From Candidatus Tayloriibacteriota bacterium (lineage in GTDB: Bacteria > Patescibacteriota > Minisyncoccia > Phycocordibacterales > PALSA-1337), in assembly GCA_903839695.1 (NCBI GenBank), contig CAIMDI010000026.1:1-62830 (forward strand): DNA of 62,830 bases, in the 5' to 3' direction. The translations under genes were made by a program, and so were the position numbers. A model generated the notes under the pieces. The model was not told where the DNA came from. It did not search any database and saw only the letters and a program-made list of their open reading frames with translations. This document shows, piece by piece, positions 27,481 through 36,619 of the stretch (positions within the stretch are counted from its first letter, which is position 1; every line of letters starts with the position of its first letter).

Positions 27481-28601
27481 AAATACTATTTACAGGTGGC
27501 GCGACTGGGGGACATTTTTATCCAATTATCGCTGTTGCACAAGCTCTTTATGATAGAGCTAAAGAGAGAAAAGTTCTTCCTCCAAAATTATATTTTATGG
27601 CGCCTAGTCAATACAATCCAAGAGCGTTATTTGATAATGATATTGAATTTATTAAAATCCCTGCCGGAAAAGTAAGAAGATATTTTTCTTTACTAAATTT
27701 CACTGATTTATTTAAAACAGCATATGGAATATTGATTGCCATTGTAAACATGTACAGAATTTATCCGGATATAGTATTTGGAAAGGGTGGCTTCGGTAGT
27801 TTTCCAGCTTTAGTCGCTGCTAGAATACTTAGAATCCCAGTTATAATTCATGAATCAGATAGTTCTCCTGGAAGAGTAAATGCATGGGCTGCAAAATTTG
27901 CTCAAAAAATTGCTATATCATACCCTGAAGCCTCGAAATATTTTGATATCAATAAAGTTGCATATACAGGTAACCCTATTAGAAAGGAAATTATACTCCC
28001 TTTATCAAATGGGGCATTGGAATTTCTAAATTTAGAGGAAAAAACTCCTGTTATTGCTGTATTTGGAGGATCACAAGGTTCACAAAATATCAATGATGCG
28101 ATTATAGATGGTATAGGTGAAATAGTAAAAAAATATCAAGTCATTCATCAAACTGGTAGAAAAAATTTTGATTCAGTTAATGATACAGTAAAGGTGGTTT
28201 TAAAAGATAATCCTTTTTCGTATAGATATCACCCATTTGATTATTTAAATGATTTGGCAATAAGAATGACAGCGGGCACAGCGAGTGTTGTTATTTCTCG
28301 AGCAGGTTCAGCTATTTTTGAAATTGCTGCATGGGGTATACCTTCAATAATCATCCCTTTACCAAAAGAAATAAGTCATGATCAAGAAAAAAATGCTTTT
28401 GCATATGCACATTCAGGAGCGTGTTCAGTAATAGAAGAGCAAAATTTAAATCCGCATATTCTTTTGTCAGAGATTGACAGAATCGTAAATAGTAGTTCTA
28501 TTAGAAATAAGATGATTCAAGGAGCCAAGCAATTTAGCCATACAAATGCGGCTCAGAAAATATCAGAGGTTATACTTGAAATTGGGCTATCTCATGAGTA
28601 A
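27477..28601 (+). CDS. murG: UDP-N-acetylglucosamine--LipidI transferase MurG
   Basis: GGATGGHFYP, ...GGSQGSQ..., SRAGSAIFEIAAWGIPSIIIP. ATGA overlap with ftsW. Confidence 0.9.
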   Translation: MKILFTGGATGGHFYPIIAVAQALYDRAKERKVLPPKLYFMAPSQYNPRALFDNDIEFIKIPAGKVRRYFSLLNFTDLFKTAYGILIAIVNMYRIYPDIVFGKGGFGSFPALVAARILRIPVIIHESDSSPGRVNAWAAKFAQKIAISYPEASKYFDINKVAYTGNPIRKEIILPLSNGALEFLNLEEKTPVIAVFGGSQGSQNINDAIIDGIGEIVKKYQVIHQTGRKNFDSVNDTVKVVLKDNPFSYRYHPFDYLNDLAIRMTAGTASVVISRAGSAIFEIAAWGIPSIIIPLPKEISHDQEKNAFAYAHSGACSVIEEQNLNPHILLSEIDRIVNSSSIRNKMIQGAKQFSHTNAAQKISEVILEIGLSHE

Positions 28602-28669
28602 AAAAGGTGATATAATCACATTATTGAGTAAATGTGGGTTTTATAATTAATTTTCAATTATTTAAATAT

Positions 28670-29182
28670 ATGGAACAAACAAATGGTATTAAAACTTGGC
28701 AGTGGATTGTGACAGTTGTAGTTATTATTTTATTAATTGTACTTGGATACAAAATGTTCAGTGGTTCTTCATCAGCAGTTGTAAGTAAAACTGAGAATGT
28801 AGATACTGCAACATCAACTGCAACAAAAGTAGAAAATGCAAATCTAAATCGCATTATGGTTTCAGATCAGGCTCCTGGAAATAAGGTATATATTTCTTCT
28901 GTTCAGCTTTCAGCAGGTGGTTTCGTAGTAGTACAGAAAGACAATAAAGGTACACCGGGGGATATTATGGGTGACAAATACTTTGAAAGAGGTATATATC
29001 CTGGACAAGTTTCATTGACATCACCAACAGCTGAAAATGGCACATACTATGCTGTTATATATTCTGATGATGGAGATAAGAAATTTGATTCAAAGAAAGA
29101 TTTACCTCTAAAGGATTCAGCTGGAAATGTTATTTTAAAAGTATTTAAAGTTACATCTTCACCAACTGATTTAAAGGGTTAA
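28670..29182 (+). CDS. membrane-anchored hypothetical protein with beta-sandwich-like ectodomain
   Basis: Start at ATG 28670. TM WQWIVTVVVIILLIVLGY, then VYISSVQLSAGGFVVVQKDNKGTPGDIMG...YYAVIYSDDGDKKFD. Confidence 0.5.
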   Translation: MEQTNGIKTWQWIVTVVVIILLIVLGYKMFSGSSSAVVSKTENVDTATSTATKVENANLNRIMVSDQAPGNKVYISSVQLSAGGFVVVQKDNKGTPGDIMGDKYFERGIYPGQVSLTSPTAENGTYYAVIYSDDGDKKFDSKKDLPLKDSAGNVILKVFKVTSSPTDLKG

Positions 29183-29206
29183 TCAAAATCATTTTAGAGT
29201 AAAAAG

Positions 29207-29238
29207 AAAACCGCTTCGAATTCTCGATGCGGTTTTTT
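29207..29238 (+). terminator. rho-independent terminator
   Basis: AAAACCGC...GCGGTTTTTT. Confidence 0.7.
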
Positions 29239-29281
29239 GATTTTATGTGTGAGGAATTACTTTCGTCACCTCCTCACTAAC

Positions 29282-29563
29282 TTACTTCATTACTGGCATT
29301 TTTCCGGGCTCAATAATGTCCCAATGCCCGTGTGGTTCACCATTTTCAGGCATTGTGTATGACGCAACTTGCCAGCCGACTTCAGACGGGTAGTCTTGGC
29401 CCGGAATAACATTGACCCATCTTTGTTTTATACCAAGACAAGTATGCACTGTGCCACCAATTGCATTCACAAGCCTACTTGTTGAATCACACCTTACAAT
29501 CCTCACTATCATCAAGTTCGTGTCTTGCGCAGTAAACTCATGCGGTTGTTTGTAGCTTAGCAT
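29282..29563 (-). CDS. hypothetical 93-aa protein (GC-richer cassette)
   Basis: No TM and no motif. 40/100 G+C counted in 29401-29500. Own promoter. A GTGAGGA/TCCTCAC hairpin lies at 29248-29276 downstream. Confidence 0.45.
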   Translation of the reverse strand: MLSYKQPHEFTAQDTNLMIVRIVRCDSTSRLVNAIGGTVHTCLGIKQRWVNVIPGQDYPSEVGWQVASYTMPENGEPHGHWDIIEPGKMPVMK

Positions 29564-29639
29564 AACTTTTACAATTTGTACTTACTCCAACCTCACCCTT
29601 ATGGATTAAAAGAGTATAATTACTTAGGTTGCTGCGTAT

Positions 29640-29668
29640 ATATTGCATCAGTAAGGTAACTGTGTCAA
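29640..29668 (-). promoter_or_regulatory. promoter of 29282-29563
   Basis: Minus strand reads TTGACA (29663-29668), 17-nt spacer, CAATAT (29640-29645). A roughly 70-nt leader carries GGTGAGGTTGGAG. Confidence 0.4.
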
Positions 29669-29721
29669 ATATACATATTGCATAATCATCAGTAAATACC
29701 ATTTATTTTATGTTACTTTTC

Positions 29722-29730
29722 TGCTATTAT
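29722..29730 (+). promoter_or_regulatory. extended -10 box, 6 nt before the gltX ATG
   Basis: TGC-TATTAT then TAGCTT then ATG 29737. Confidence 0.45.
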
Positions 29731-29736
29731 TAGCTT

Positions 29737-31041
29737 ATGTTAAATACAAAAGTAGTAACGCGTTTTGCACCTTCACCAACCGGATTATTACATGCTGGTA
29801 ATTATAGAACTGCACTTTTTTCATATATTTTTTCTTTACAAAATAAAGGCAAATTTATCCTGCGAATCGAAGACACAGATAAAGCTAGATCAAAAAAAGA
29901 ATATGAGGATAATATTGTAGAAAGTCTAAAGTGGCTCGGTATTAAGTATGATGAATTTTATCGTCAATCTGATAGATCAGACTTATACGCTAGTAATCTT
30001 AAAAAACTTATAGACTCCGGACATGCATACGTTTCAAAAGAAATTCCAAAAGAAGTTGGTGATAGGGAAGAGGTAATTCGTTTCAAAAACCCAAACAAAA
30101 AAATTAGTTTCGTAGATTTAATTAGAGGAAAAATAGAATTTGATACTACTGATTTAGGTGATTTTATTATTGCAAGAAGTATGAATGAACCAGTATTTCA
30201 TCTTGTTGTTGTTATAGATGATTTTGAAATGGGTATAACACATATTATTAGAGGTGAAGATCATATATCAAATACTCCTAGGCATATTCTAATACAAGAG
30301 GCATTGGGTATTCCTACGCCTTTATACGCTCATATACCATTACTTCTAGCGCCTGATAGGTCAAAGATGTCAAAAAGAAAAGGAGCACTTCCTATCACAG
30401 ATTATCGTGATAGAGGCTATTTACCGAATGCATTGATAAATTATATGTCATTTTTAGGCTGGAATCCTGGTACTGAACAAGAAGTAATGAGTTTTGATGA
30501 AATTATCAATCAATTTAGTCTTGAGAAAGTTCAAAAGGCCGGTGCTATTTTTAATGAAGAAAAATTGTCTTGGTTCAACAAACAATACATAGACAAAATG
30601 TCCATTGATGATTTTGTTATAGCTGCCAAAAACTTTATTCCAGAAAATATTTCCCCAAAATTATTGCCATTGATAAAAGAAAAAATTTCTAAATTTTCAG
30701 AGATTAAACCTCTTTTTGAAACTGAACTTTCTTTCATTAACCCACTTCCAGTTTACTCATTCGAATTATTAAAATGGAAACAAGAAAAGGATTTAGTAAA
30801 CACAAAGGTTTATCTCGGACATATTGTTGAGGTGTTAGAAGTCATGACTGAGTTTACAAAAGAGTCTGTAAAACAAGCTTTATGGCCATATGCTGAAGAA
30901 AAAGGTAAAGGAAATATTCTATGGCCAATGCGTTTTGCCTTGTCTGGCAAAGATAAGTCTCCTGATCCATTTGTTATCGCTGAAATTCTTGGCAAAGAAG
31001 AAACGGTAAAAAGACTAAAATATGCCATTCAAAACATCTAG
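29737..31041 (+). CDS. gltX: glutamate--tRNA ligase
   Basis: RFAPSPTGLLHAGNYRTA (HIGH-like), KMSKRKG (KMSKS). Confidence 0.92.
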   Translation: MLNTKVVTRFAPSPTGLLHAGNYRTALFSYIFSLQNKGKFILRIEDTDKARSKKEYEDNIVESLKWLGIKYDEFYRQSDRSDLYASNLKKLIDSGHAYVSKEIPKEVGDREEVIRFKNPNKKISFVDLIRGKIEFDTTDLGDFIIARSMNEPVFHLVVVIDDFEMGITHIIRGEDHISNTPRHILIQEALGIPTPLYAHIPLLLAPDRSKMSKRKGALPITDYRDRGYLPNALINYMSFLGWNPGTEQEVMSFDEIINQFSLEKVQKAGAIFNEEKLSWFNKQYIDKMSIDDFVIAAKNFIPENISPKLLPLIKEKISKFSEIKPLFETELSFINPLPVYSFELLKWKQEKDLVNTKVYLGHIVEVLEVMTEFTKESVKQALWPYAEEKGKGNILWPMRFALSGKDKSPDPFVIAEILGKEETVKRLKYAIQNI

Positions 31042-32338
31042 CCTTATAAAATCCTTAATTATTCTTTTTGTATTTTTATACGCACTTATTTATATTACAC
31101 ATGCGGAGACTGCAGATGAATTAAAAATTAAAATTAATTCTACTAATGATTCAATACTAAAATTAGAGCAAGAAATTAAACAATATCAAAGTGAAATAGA
31201 CTCCATATCTAAAGAGAAAGATTCACTAAGCAGTGCTATAAAAGTTTTAGATGTTTCCAAAAAAAAACTTCAAGCAGATACTAAAATTACTGAAAGTAAA
31301 ATTTCAAATAAAAATCTTGAATTAAAAGAGTTGAATGCTCAAATAGGTGACAAGAGCGAGAGAATCCTTAATAGTAAAAGAGTAATAACACAGTCTTTAT
31401 ATAATATATCTCAATTAAATTCAGCTTCAACTATAGAGACCGTGCTTGGGAAAAAATCATTTTCTGAAATATGGAATAGCGCAGAAGAATTAAATACTTT
31501 GCAAACAGGAATGCAAGGTGAGATAAAAGATTTGTCTTCTTTGAAAGTAAATCTTGAGGGCAACAAAAAACAAATTGAAAAAATGAAGGCAGAACTTGTT
31601 GCATTGACTGCTGATTTGAAAAATCAAACAAAAGTAATTGCAGATAATATTGCTGAAAAGAATTCAATACTTTCTGACACAAAAAATACAGAAACAGGAT
31701 ATATTCAATTAATGAACACTCGTAAAGCACAAAAAGAACAATTTGAAAGTGAAGTTTTAAACTTTGAGTCAGCATTAAAAGCTATAGTTGATCCAAACAG
31801 TTTGCCCCCAAGTGCTTCTGGTGTCTTGAAATGGCCATTAAGTACTATTCGAATTACGCAATATTTTGGTAACACAGCATTCTCAACAAAAAACCCACAA
31901 ATTTATGCTGGTAGAGGTCATAATGGTATAGACTTTGCTGCTTCAGTTGGTACACCTGTTAAAGCTTCTTTGAGTGGTATTGTTGTTGATACTGGAAATA
32001 TGGACTTAGTAAATAATGGAAAATGTAAGAACTCTGGATCATATGGAAAATGGGTGCTTATACGTCATTATAACGGTTTATCAACACTATACGCACATTT
32101 ATCACAAATAAATGTAAGCGCTAAACAAAAAGTATCTGTGGGTGAGACTATTGCATTGAGCGGATATTCTGGAACAGTTGTACCTCAAGGCCCAAGAGGT
32201 GCGCACTTACATTTTGTATTATACGCCTCTGATGGAGTGAGCGTTGAAAAATTAACAACAGGAACAAATTGTCGAGGAGCAGTATTTCCAATGGCAGTAA
32301 AATCTGCGTATCTAAATCCTCTATCATATTTACCATAA
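31022..32338 (+). CDS. M23 peptidoglycan metalloendopeptidase with coiled-coil N-domain (EnvC-like)
   Basis: Signal/TM, long coiled coil, then GHNGIDFAASVGTPV...YAHLS...GAHLHF. Confidence 0.8.
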   Translation: MPFKTSSLIKSLIILFVFLYALIYITHAETADELKIKINSTNDSILKLEQEIKQYQSEIDSISKEKDSLSSAIKVLDVSKKKLQADTKITESKISNKNLELKELNAQIGDKSERILNSKRVITQSLYNISQLNSASTIETVLGKKSFSEIWNSAEELNTLQTGMQGEIKDLSSLKVNLEGNKKQIEKMKAELVALTADLKNQTKVIADNIAEKNSILSDTKNTETGYIQLMNTRKAQKEQFESEVLNFESALKAIVDPNSLPPSASGVLKWPLSTIRITQYFGNTAFSTKNPQIYAGRGHNGIDFAASVGTPVKASLSGIVVDTGNMDLVNNGKCKNSGSYGKWVLIRHYNGLSTLYAHLSQINVSAKQKVSVGETIALSGYSGTVVPQGPRGAHLHFVLYASDGVSVEKLTTGTNCRGAVFPMAVKSAYLNPLSYLP

Positions 32339-32367
32339 TTTTAAAAATAATAAATAATCAAAATAGT

Positions 32368-33531
32368 ATGTATAGAAAAACTTATATTGAAGTAAATGAA
32401 AGTAATTTAGAAAGTAATGTTAAAATTCTTTTAAATAACTATCCAGATTACAAATATTATTTTGGTGTTGTAAAGGGTAATGTCTATGGATATGGATATT
32501 CCTCTGTAAAATGTTTAATAAAATCAGGTATAAATTATATTGCAGTGTCTACTTTAGAGGAAGCTTTGTGTGTTAGAAATGAAGACAAAGACATACCTAT
32601 ATTATGTTTACAACCAATTCACTTGGAAGATATACCAGATGCTATCAAAAATAATATTACAATTACGATTTCAAATTTCGAATATTTTAAACAATTTTTA
32701 ACATTAAATTTTAATCAAAAAATTAAAGTACATATAAAAATCAATTCTGGTTTCAATAGACTAGGTATTGCTGATAAGAATGAAGTATTAAGTATATATA
32801 ATTCACTGAAAGAAAATACTTTCGTAGAAGTGGAAGGTATATTTTCGCATTTTGCTACTACTGGTATTTATGATAAATATTGGGATAATCAACTTTCAAG
32901 GTTTATTGAATTAACATCATTAATAAATATTAAAGAAATTTCTATTATACATTTTGGTAGAAGCTTAACATTGCTAAATCACGGAAAAATTGATTTTTGT
33001 AATGGAGTACGTATAGGTGTTGTTATGTATGGTTACAATCACACGCCTAAGAAACAAAAAGGACTTAAAGGTTTTGTAAAAAACTTAGTCAAAAAATACA
33101 ACTTTAAAATGCAAAATATCAGCCCTACTTTTACTGTATCTGAAAGCCTATTTAAACCATCTCTAAGTTTTTATAGTGAGATAACTGAGATAAGACATGT
33201 AAAAAAAGGACAATTTGTTGGATATGGAGCAGTATTTAAAGCCCACAATGACTCAATTATTGGTTTTCTATCAGCTGGTTATGCAGACGGATTTTTAAAA
33301 AGTAATGTAAATGGAGATGTTGCTATACACAATAAAAGATATAAAATTATTGCTGTAGATATGGGAATAATTACAGTACTGATAGATGAATCAGTTAAAG
33401 TTTATGATAAGGTAGAATTGATTGGAGAAAATATTAAAGCAATAGAAGTAGCAAGAAGAAATAATACAACGGTTTATGAAATCTTATCATTAATAAAAGA
33501 GAGTATTCCTAGAGTAAATAATAGATTATAG
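32368..33531 (+). CDS. alr: alanine racemase
   Basis: Start at ATG 32368 (MYRKTYIEVNESNL). VVKGNVYGYG (PLP lysine). ...GYADGF.... Confidence 0.85.
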   Translation: MYRKTYIEVNESNLESNVKILLNNYPDYKYYFGVVKGNVYGYGYSSVKCLIKSGINYIAVSTLEEALCVRNEDKDIPILCLQPIHLEDIPDAIKNNITITISNFEYFKQFLTLNFNQKIKVHIKINSGFNRLGIADKNEVLSIYNSLKENTFVEVEGIFSHFATTGIYDKYWDNQLSRFIELTSLINIKEISIIHFGRSLTLLNHGKIDFCNGVRIGVVMYGYNHTPKKQKGLKGFVKNLVKKYNFKMQNISPTFTVSESLFKPSLSFYSEITEIRHVKKGQFVGYGAVFKAHNDSIIGFLSAGYADGFLKSNVNGDVAIHNKRYKIIAVDMGIITVLIDESVKVYDKVELIGENIKAIEVARRNNTTVYEILSLIKESIPRVNNRL

Positions 33532-33634
33532 GGATACAAAAAGTTAGTAGGGAAGGCATTAGGTGTTAATTAAATGCCCTTTTAAGAAATAAAAAGTAGT
33601 GTTATAATTTAGATAATAATTAATAAAATATTTT

Positions 33635-33922
33635 ATGATTAAATGGATCGTTATCGTTATAATAGGATTAGTTGTACTAGGCTATTTAGGTTTTGATGTT
33701 AGAAAAGCAGTTGAATCTCCAACTTCACAAAGTAATATAGAGTATGTAAAAAACGCAATAGTATATTTGTGGAATAAATACTTAGCTAAGCCTGCAATAT
33801 ATTTATGGACTAACTTTAAAAATCTTATTTGGGATACAGCAGTAGATAATTTAACAAAGATTAAAAATGGTCAACCAACTAATGTTCAAACACTACCGTC
33901 TCCACTACCCAATAATCCATAG
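33635..33922 (+). CDS. small membrane protein, hypothetical
   Basis: 95 aa with N-terminal TM MIKWIVIVIIGLVVLGYLGF. A TGTTATAAT box lies about 30 nt upstream. Confidence 0.45.
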   Translation: MIKWIVIVIIGLVVLGYLGFDVRKAVESPTSQSNIEYVKNAIVYLWNKYLAKPAIYLWTNFKNLIWDTAVDNLTKIKNGQPTNVQTLPSPLPNNP

Positions 33923-33956
33923 ATTGATATTTACTCTTAAGTATAAAGAATGACCG

Positions 33957-33974
33957 ATGTCGCTTGTGCGACAT
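33957..33974 (+). terminator. hairpin ATGTCGC-TTGT-GCGACAT (shares its arm sequence with 34653-34693)
   Basis: 7-bp stem followed by TTGTTATTTT. Contains the 11-mer TTGTGCGACAT, which recurs at 34684-34694. Confidence 0.5.
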
Positions 33975-33998
33975 TTGTTATTTTAGTATGATATAGTC

Positions 33999-34616
33999 AT
34001 GGCTTACAATACAAAATGGACAATAGAAAAAATTAAAATTGGTTTCAAATCTTTTTATAATGAATTCGGACATTATCCTACTGCATATGAAATAGATAGA
34101 TATGCAAAACTTCCAAGTTCAAGACAAATTCAGAGAGTATTTGGCGGACTTATTGAAATTAGGAAAATGCTAAGCTTAAAAGAAACTGACTTTACTAAAG
34201 GCGAATTTAGCTCAAAACGAGCTCTTAAAATCACTCAGAAGGCTTCGACAGCAAACCTAGATGTGTATACATACCTTGTAAAAACCTTTGGAGTTGATTA
34301 TGTTCAGAAGGATTACAATTTAGGAGATGATAAAAGAAATAGAATTGATTTTCATGTAATTAATAAGAAAGGTGACTTTTTAATAGATATATTTGCACCA
34401 AGTAATACAAGAACATTAATTGGTTGTCTTAATAGCAAATTAAAAACTTATGGAGAGTTAAATATTGATTTGCCGATAATATTTTTAATGATGAATGATT
34501 CAATAACAAGTCAGAAGCTAGGGGATATAGTAAGAAATAAAAAAAGTAAGTTAAGACAGAGACAACAAGTGATGACATTCGAGGATCTTAAGTCATATTG
34601 TAACTCTAGAAAATAG
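33999..34616 (+). CDS. protein with homing-endonuclease-associated (HNH-repeat-like) HTH module, possible nuclease
   Basis: WTIEKIKIGFKSFYNEFGHYPTAYEIDRYAKLPSSRQIQRVFGGLIEIRKMLSL fits the W-x-E-x-I...G-x-x-PT...PS....FG.. repeat seen next to homing/restriction nucleases. The C-terminal part (RIDFHVINKKGDFLIDIF) is unassigned. Confidence 0.4.
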   Translation: MAYNTKWTIEKIKIGFKSFYNEFGHYPTAYEIDRYAKLPSSRQIQRVFGGLIEIRKMLSLKETDFTKGEFSSKRALKITQKASTANLDVYTYLVKTFGVDYVQKDYNLGDDKRNRIDFHVINKKGDFLIDIFAPSNTRTLIGCLNSKLKTYGELNIDLPIIFLMMNDSITSQKLGDIVRNKKSKLRQRQQVMTFEDLKSYCNSRK

Positions 34617-34652
34617 TGAATAAATAGGGAACAGCTTTATATAATATGTACT

Positions 34653-34693
34653 TGTCGCACAAGCTATCGTCTTAAAAGATATATTGTGCGACA
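34653..34693. repeat. inverted repeat TGTCGCACAA / TTGTGCGACA (10-bp arms, 21-nt spacer)
   Basis: Arms at 34653-34662 and 34684-34693, the same arm sequence as the hairpin at 33957-33974. Together the two bracket ORF 33999-34616. Confidence 0.6.
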
Positions 34694-34928
34694 TAGTATC
34701 TCAATCTATATATAGCTTCAAAATAGACAAAAATGACTACCCCCTCTTTATAGAACAGTAATAACTAAATATCTTAAAATTACTTACAGGATTAATCAGT
34801 GATAAGTTTTGATTCATATTCTTTAAGATATATATTATCTTTTCAAATAGTAGATTAGTTAACAAGATAAATTGAAATTAGTACTTTATTTATAAAACCG
34901 CACTAGTAACACGGTAAAGATCAATTCC

Positions 34929-35198
34929 CTATTTGATATAGTTCTTAGTCCACCACTTTTTTATAAATGGTAATGATTGTGTTGAAAGAAAGTAACCTAA
35001 GGTCGGTATAATAGCTCCAAGTAAAAAATTATTTGCTCCGATAACGTAGAGTGCAATAGATGCAAACACATATGTTATAACCAGTATAGAGAATGCTCGT
35101 ATACGGCTTATTTCCCAAGCTTTATTGATTTCAACTTTCTTATTACGATCTTTGACGAGAATTATTTCTTCCTCAATTTTTTTTATTCTATCTTCCAT
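34929..35198 (-). CDS. small two-TM membrane protein, hypothetical
   Basis: 89 aa. Charged N-terminus then two hydrophobic helices. Host-like AT-rich composition. Confidence 0.5.
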   Translation of the reverse strand: MEDRIKKIEEEIILVKDRNKKVEINKAWEISRIRAFSILVITYVFASIALYVIGANNFLLGAIIPTLGYFLSTQSLPFIKKWWTKNYIK

Positions 35199-35276
35199 GA
35201 TTTTTTAATTATATCAAATAAAAAGGAGCCCACCAATACTTGGCAGACCCCTTTTACGTTTTGAAGAGTGATCGAA

Positions 35277-35471
35277 TCAGGCATCCTTTTTTCCGGTTGT
35301 ATGATTGCCTTCGCCACCGAAGAACTTTAGGACAACAAAGGCAAGGGCAAACATCGTTGCACCACCCTCCGTCAATTGTTGAACGGTTGGTATACCACGA
35401 ACCACAGTCAGAAGAATGCAAGAAACGATTGTAACTCCCAACGCACATAGCAAAGATTTTTTTGTACTCAT
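35277..35471 (-). CDS. small two-TM membrane protein (GC-richer)
   Basis: Of three overlapping ORFs here, only this one gives a coherent membrane protein: LLCALGVTIVSCILLTVV ... MFALAFVVLKFF. Confidence 0.4.
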   Translation of the reverse strand: MSTKKSLLCALGVTIVSCILLTVVRGIPTVQQLTEGGATMFALAFVVLKFFGGEGNHTTGKKDA

Positions 35472-35606
35472 AAAATTACCGCCATTGAGTATCTAAACTT
35501 ACCCACTCCATCTTTATATATATTGACAAACTCCCCTTTTATAAAGTAATATATTCGCAGTCAGTTTAGTTGAGTAGTTAAACAAAACGTGAGGAAAAAC
35601 ATTATT

Positions 35607-35918
35607 ATGAATGGAGTGATAAAATGCGGTGCACCGAACATAAGCAATACAAAAGTGCTCGTGAAGATTAATGGTGAAGAAAATGAAATATGCGTTGAGA
35701 CCGGAAATTTCCTTTTCGTAAACATCATGGATAATCACAGCATAATCCCCGGCTCGCTGACAAGATATCAAAATCTGGTTCAAGATTTTAAAGATGATAA
35801 GAGAAGACACCCACCCATTAGGGTTGGTGACAGAGTGGTAGTTGAAGATATTCTTGAAACACCCACTATCATCTATGTTGTCATCAATCCTGGTGATCAG
35901 AGGAAATTGTCAGATTGA
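35607..35918 (+). CDS. hypothetical protein (GC-richer)
   Basis: ATG 35607 (a GTG alternative lies at 35589). TTGACA at 35525-35530 upstream. Followed by two hairpins. No motif recognised. Confidence 0.4.
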   Translation: MNGVIKCGAPNISNTKVLVKINGEENEICVETGNFLFVNIMDNHSIIPGSLTRYQNLVQDFKDDKRRHPPIRVGDRVVVEDILETPTIIYVVINPGDQRKLSD

Positions 35919-35960
35919 GACAGTTCGCATGGGCTTCTAAGCCCACACTGACTAAACAAA

Positions 35961-35991
35961 ACTGCGTTCTTTATGAACGCAGTTATTTTTT
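35961..35991 (+). terminator. rho-independent terminator
   Basis: ACTGCGTTC-TTTAT-GAACGCAGT followed by TATTTTTT. Preceded by a second hairpin, TGGGCT-TCTA-AGCCCA, at 35930-35945. Confidence 0.8.
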
Positions 35992-36003
35992 ATCTACATT
36001 GTT

Positions 36004-36084
36004 TTATACTAGCTTTCCAGCTTCTATGACGTGACGGACCAGAGTATTTGTATACTCTACTTCATTGTTCTACCAAGCTGTCTC
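36004..36084 (-). pseudogene. fossil copy 1 of the gap 3' end
   Basis: Minus-strand translation ..ETAW*NNEVEYTNTLVRHVIEAGKLV*. 65/79 nt identical to 37064-37144 at a constant offset of 1,060 nt. In-frame stop. Confidence 0.8.
36024..36055. repeat. 32-nt perfect direct repeat, copy A
   Basis: CTATGACGTGACGGACCAGAGTATTTGTATAC, identical to 37084-37115. Confidence 0.95.
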
Positions 36085-36313
36085 CGACTCATGATTTTGG
36101 CGTAAATCCAGCCGAACATTATTGGCAGTGCCACTAAAAAAAAGTCTGCTAGTGGAAACCAGCCTATACCAAGTTCATTCATACAGTAAGGAGGATTTGT
36201 AACATCGGCTCTAAAACAAAAAGTCTCCGTTATGTAGCCTCCTAGGTATGGGGATGCGATTGCTAAGCATAAACCTATTACGACTCCTATTAACCAATAT
36301 TTTTTGTGTTCAT
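36057..36313 (-). pseudogene. small two-TM membrane ORF interrupted by a frameshift in an A6 homopolymer
   Basis: ATG at 36313 reads MNTKNIG*. One extra A in the run at 36300-36305 would give MNTKKYWLIGVVIGLCLAIASPYLGGY...FFLVALPIMFGWIYAKIM...*. That 86-codon frame is open (36060-36317) but has no upstream start. Confidence 0.3.
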
Positions 36314-36317
36314 GTTT

Positions 36318-36407
36318 TTATATTAATCGCCCCGCCTTCACCACATGTTGTACCAACGTATTTGTATAACTTACTTCATTATCGTACCACGTCAGCTCCA
36401 TAAGCAT
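36318..36407 (-). pseudogene. fossil copy 2 of the gap 3' end (diverged, frame intact)
   Basis: Minus strand encodes MLMELTWYDNEVSYTNTLVQHVVKAGRLI*. It is colinear with the live C-terminus WYDNEMGYTNTLVRHVIAAGRLI* and 18/23 identical to it. Confidence 0.75.
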
Positions 36408-36576
36408 ATCTATCACAATTTTAAGAAAATCCCCCCGCTCGCTCACCTTTCCAATACTCAACGAATTAAGTGCTGAAAAGGTGGGCGGTCTGGTGTGATT
36501 ATTTTAGTTTCAAAGGACAGCTAAATCATATGCAAACTCCTGACGAATAGCAAGCAATAGAGCCGTATTTAGATAC

Positions 36577-36606
36577 TTGACAATACTACCTTATTAATGC
36601 TATAGT
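36577..36606 (+). promoter_or_regulatory. promoter of the orphan receiver gene
   Basis: TTGACA 36577-36582, 18-nt spacer, TATAGT 36601-36606. AGGA SD at 36614-36617. Confidence 0.45.
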
Positions 36607-36619
36607 ACGTATTAGGAAC

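Noticed and set aside
34695-34928. About 230 nt of non-coding DNA after the HTH/nuclease-like gene, as a possible ncRNA
   Set aside because: It is AT-rich, with no convincing conserved-looking helices or known RNA motifs visible by eye. I cannot support a call without covariation data.
35240-35448. ORFs 35240-35434 (+) and 35254-35448 (-)
   Set aside because: They overlap 35277-35471 (-), the only one of the three with a coherent two-TM hydrophobic profile. Even that call is only moderate confidence.
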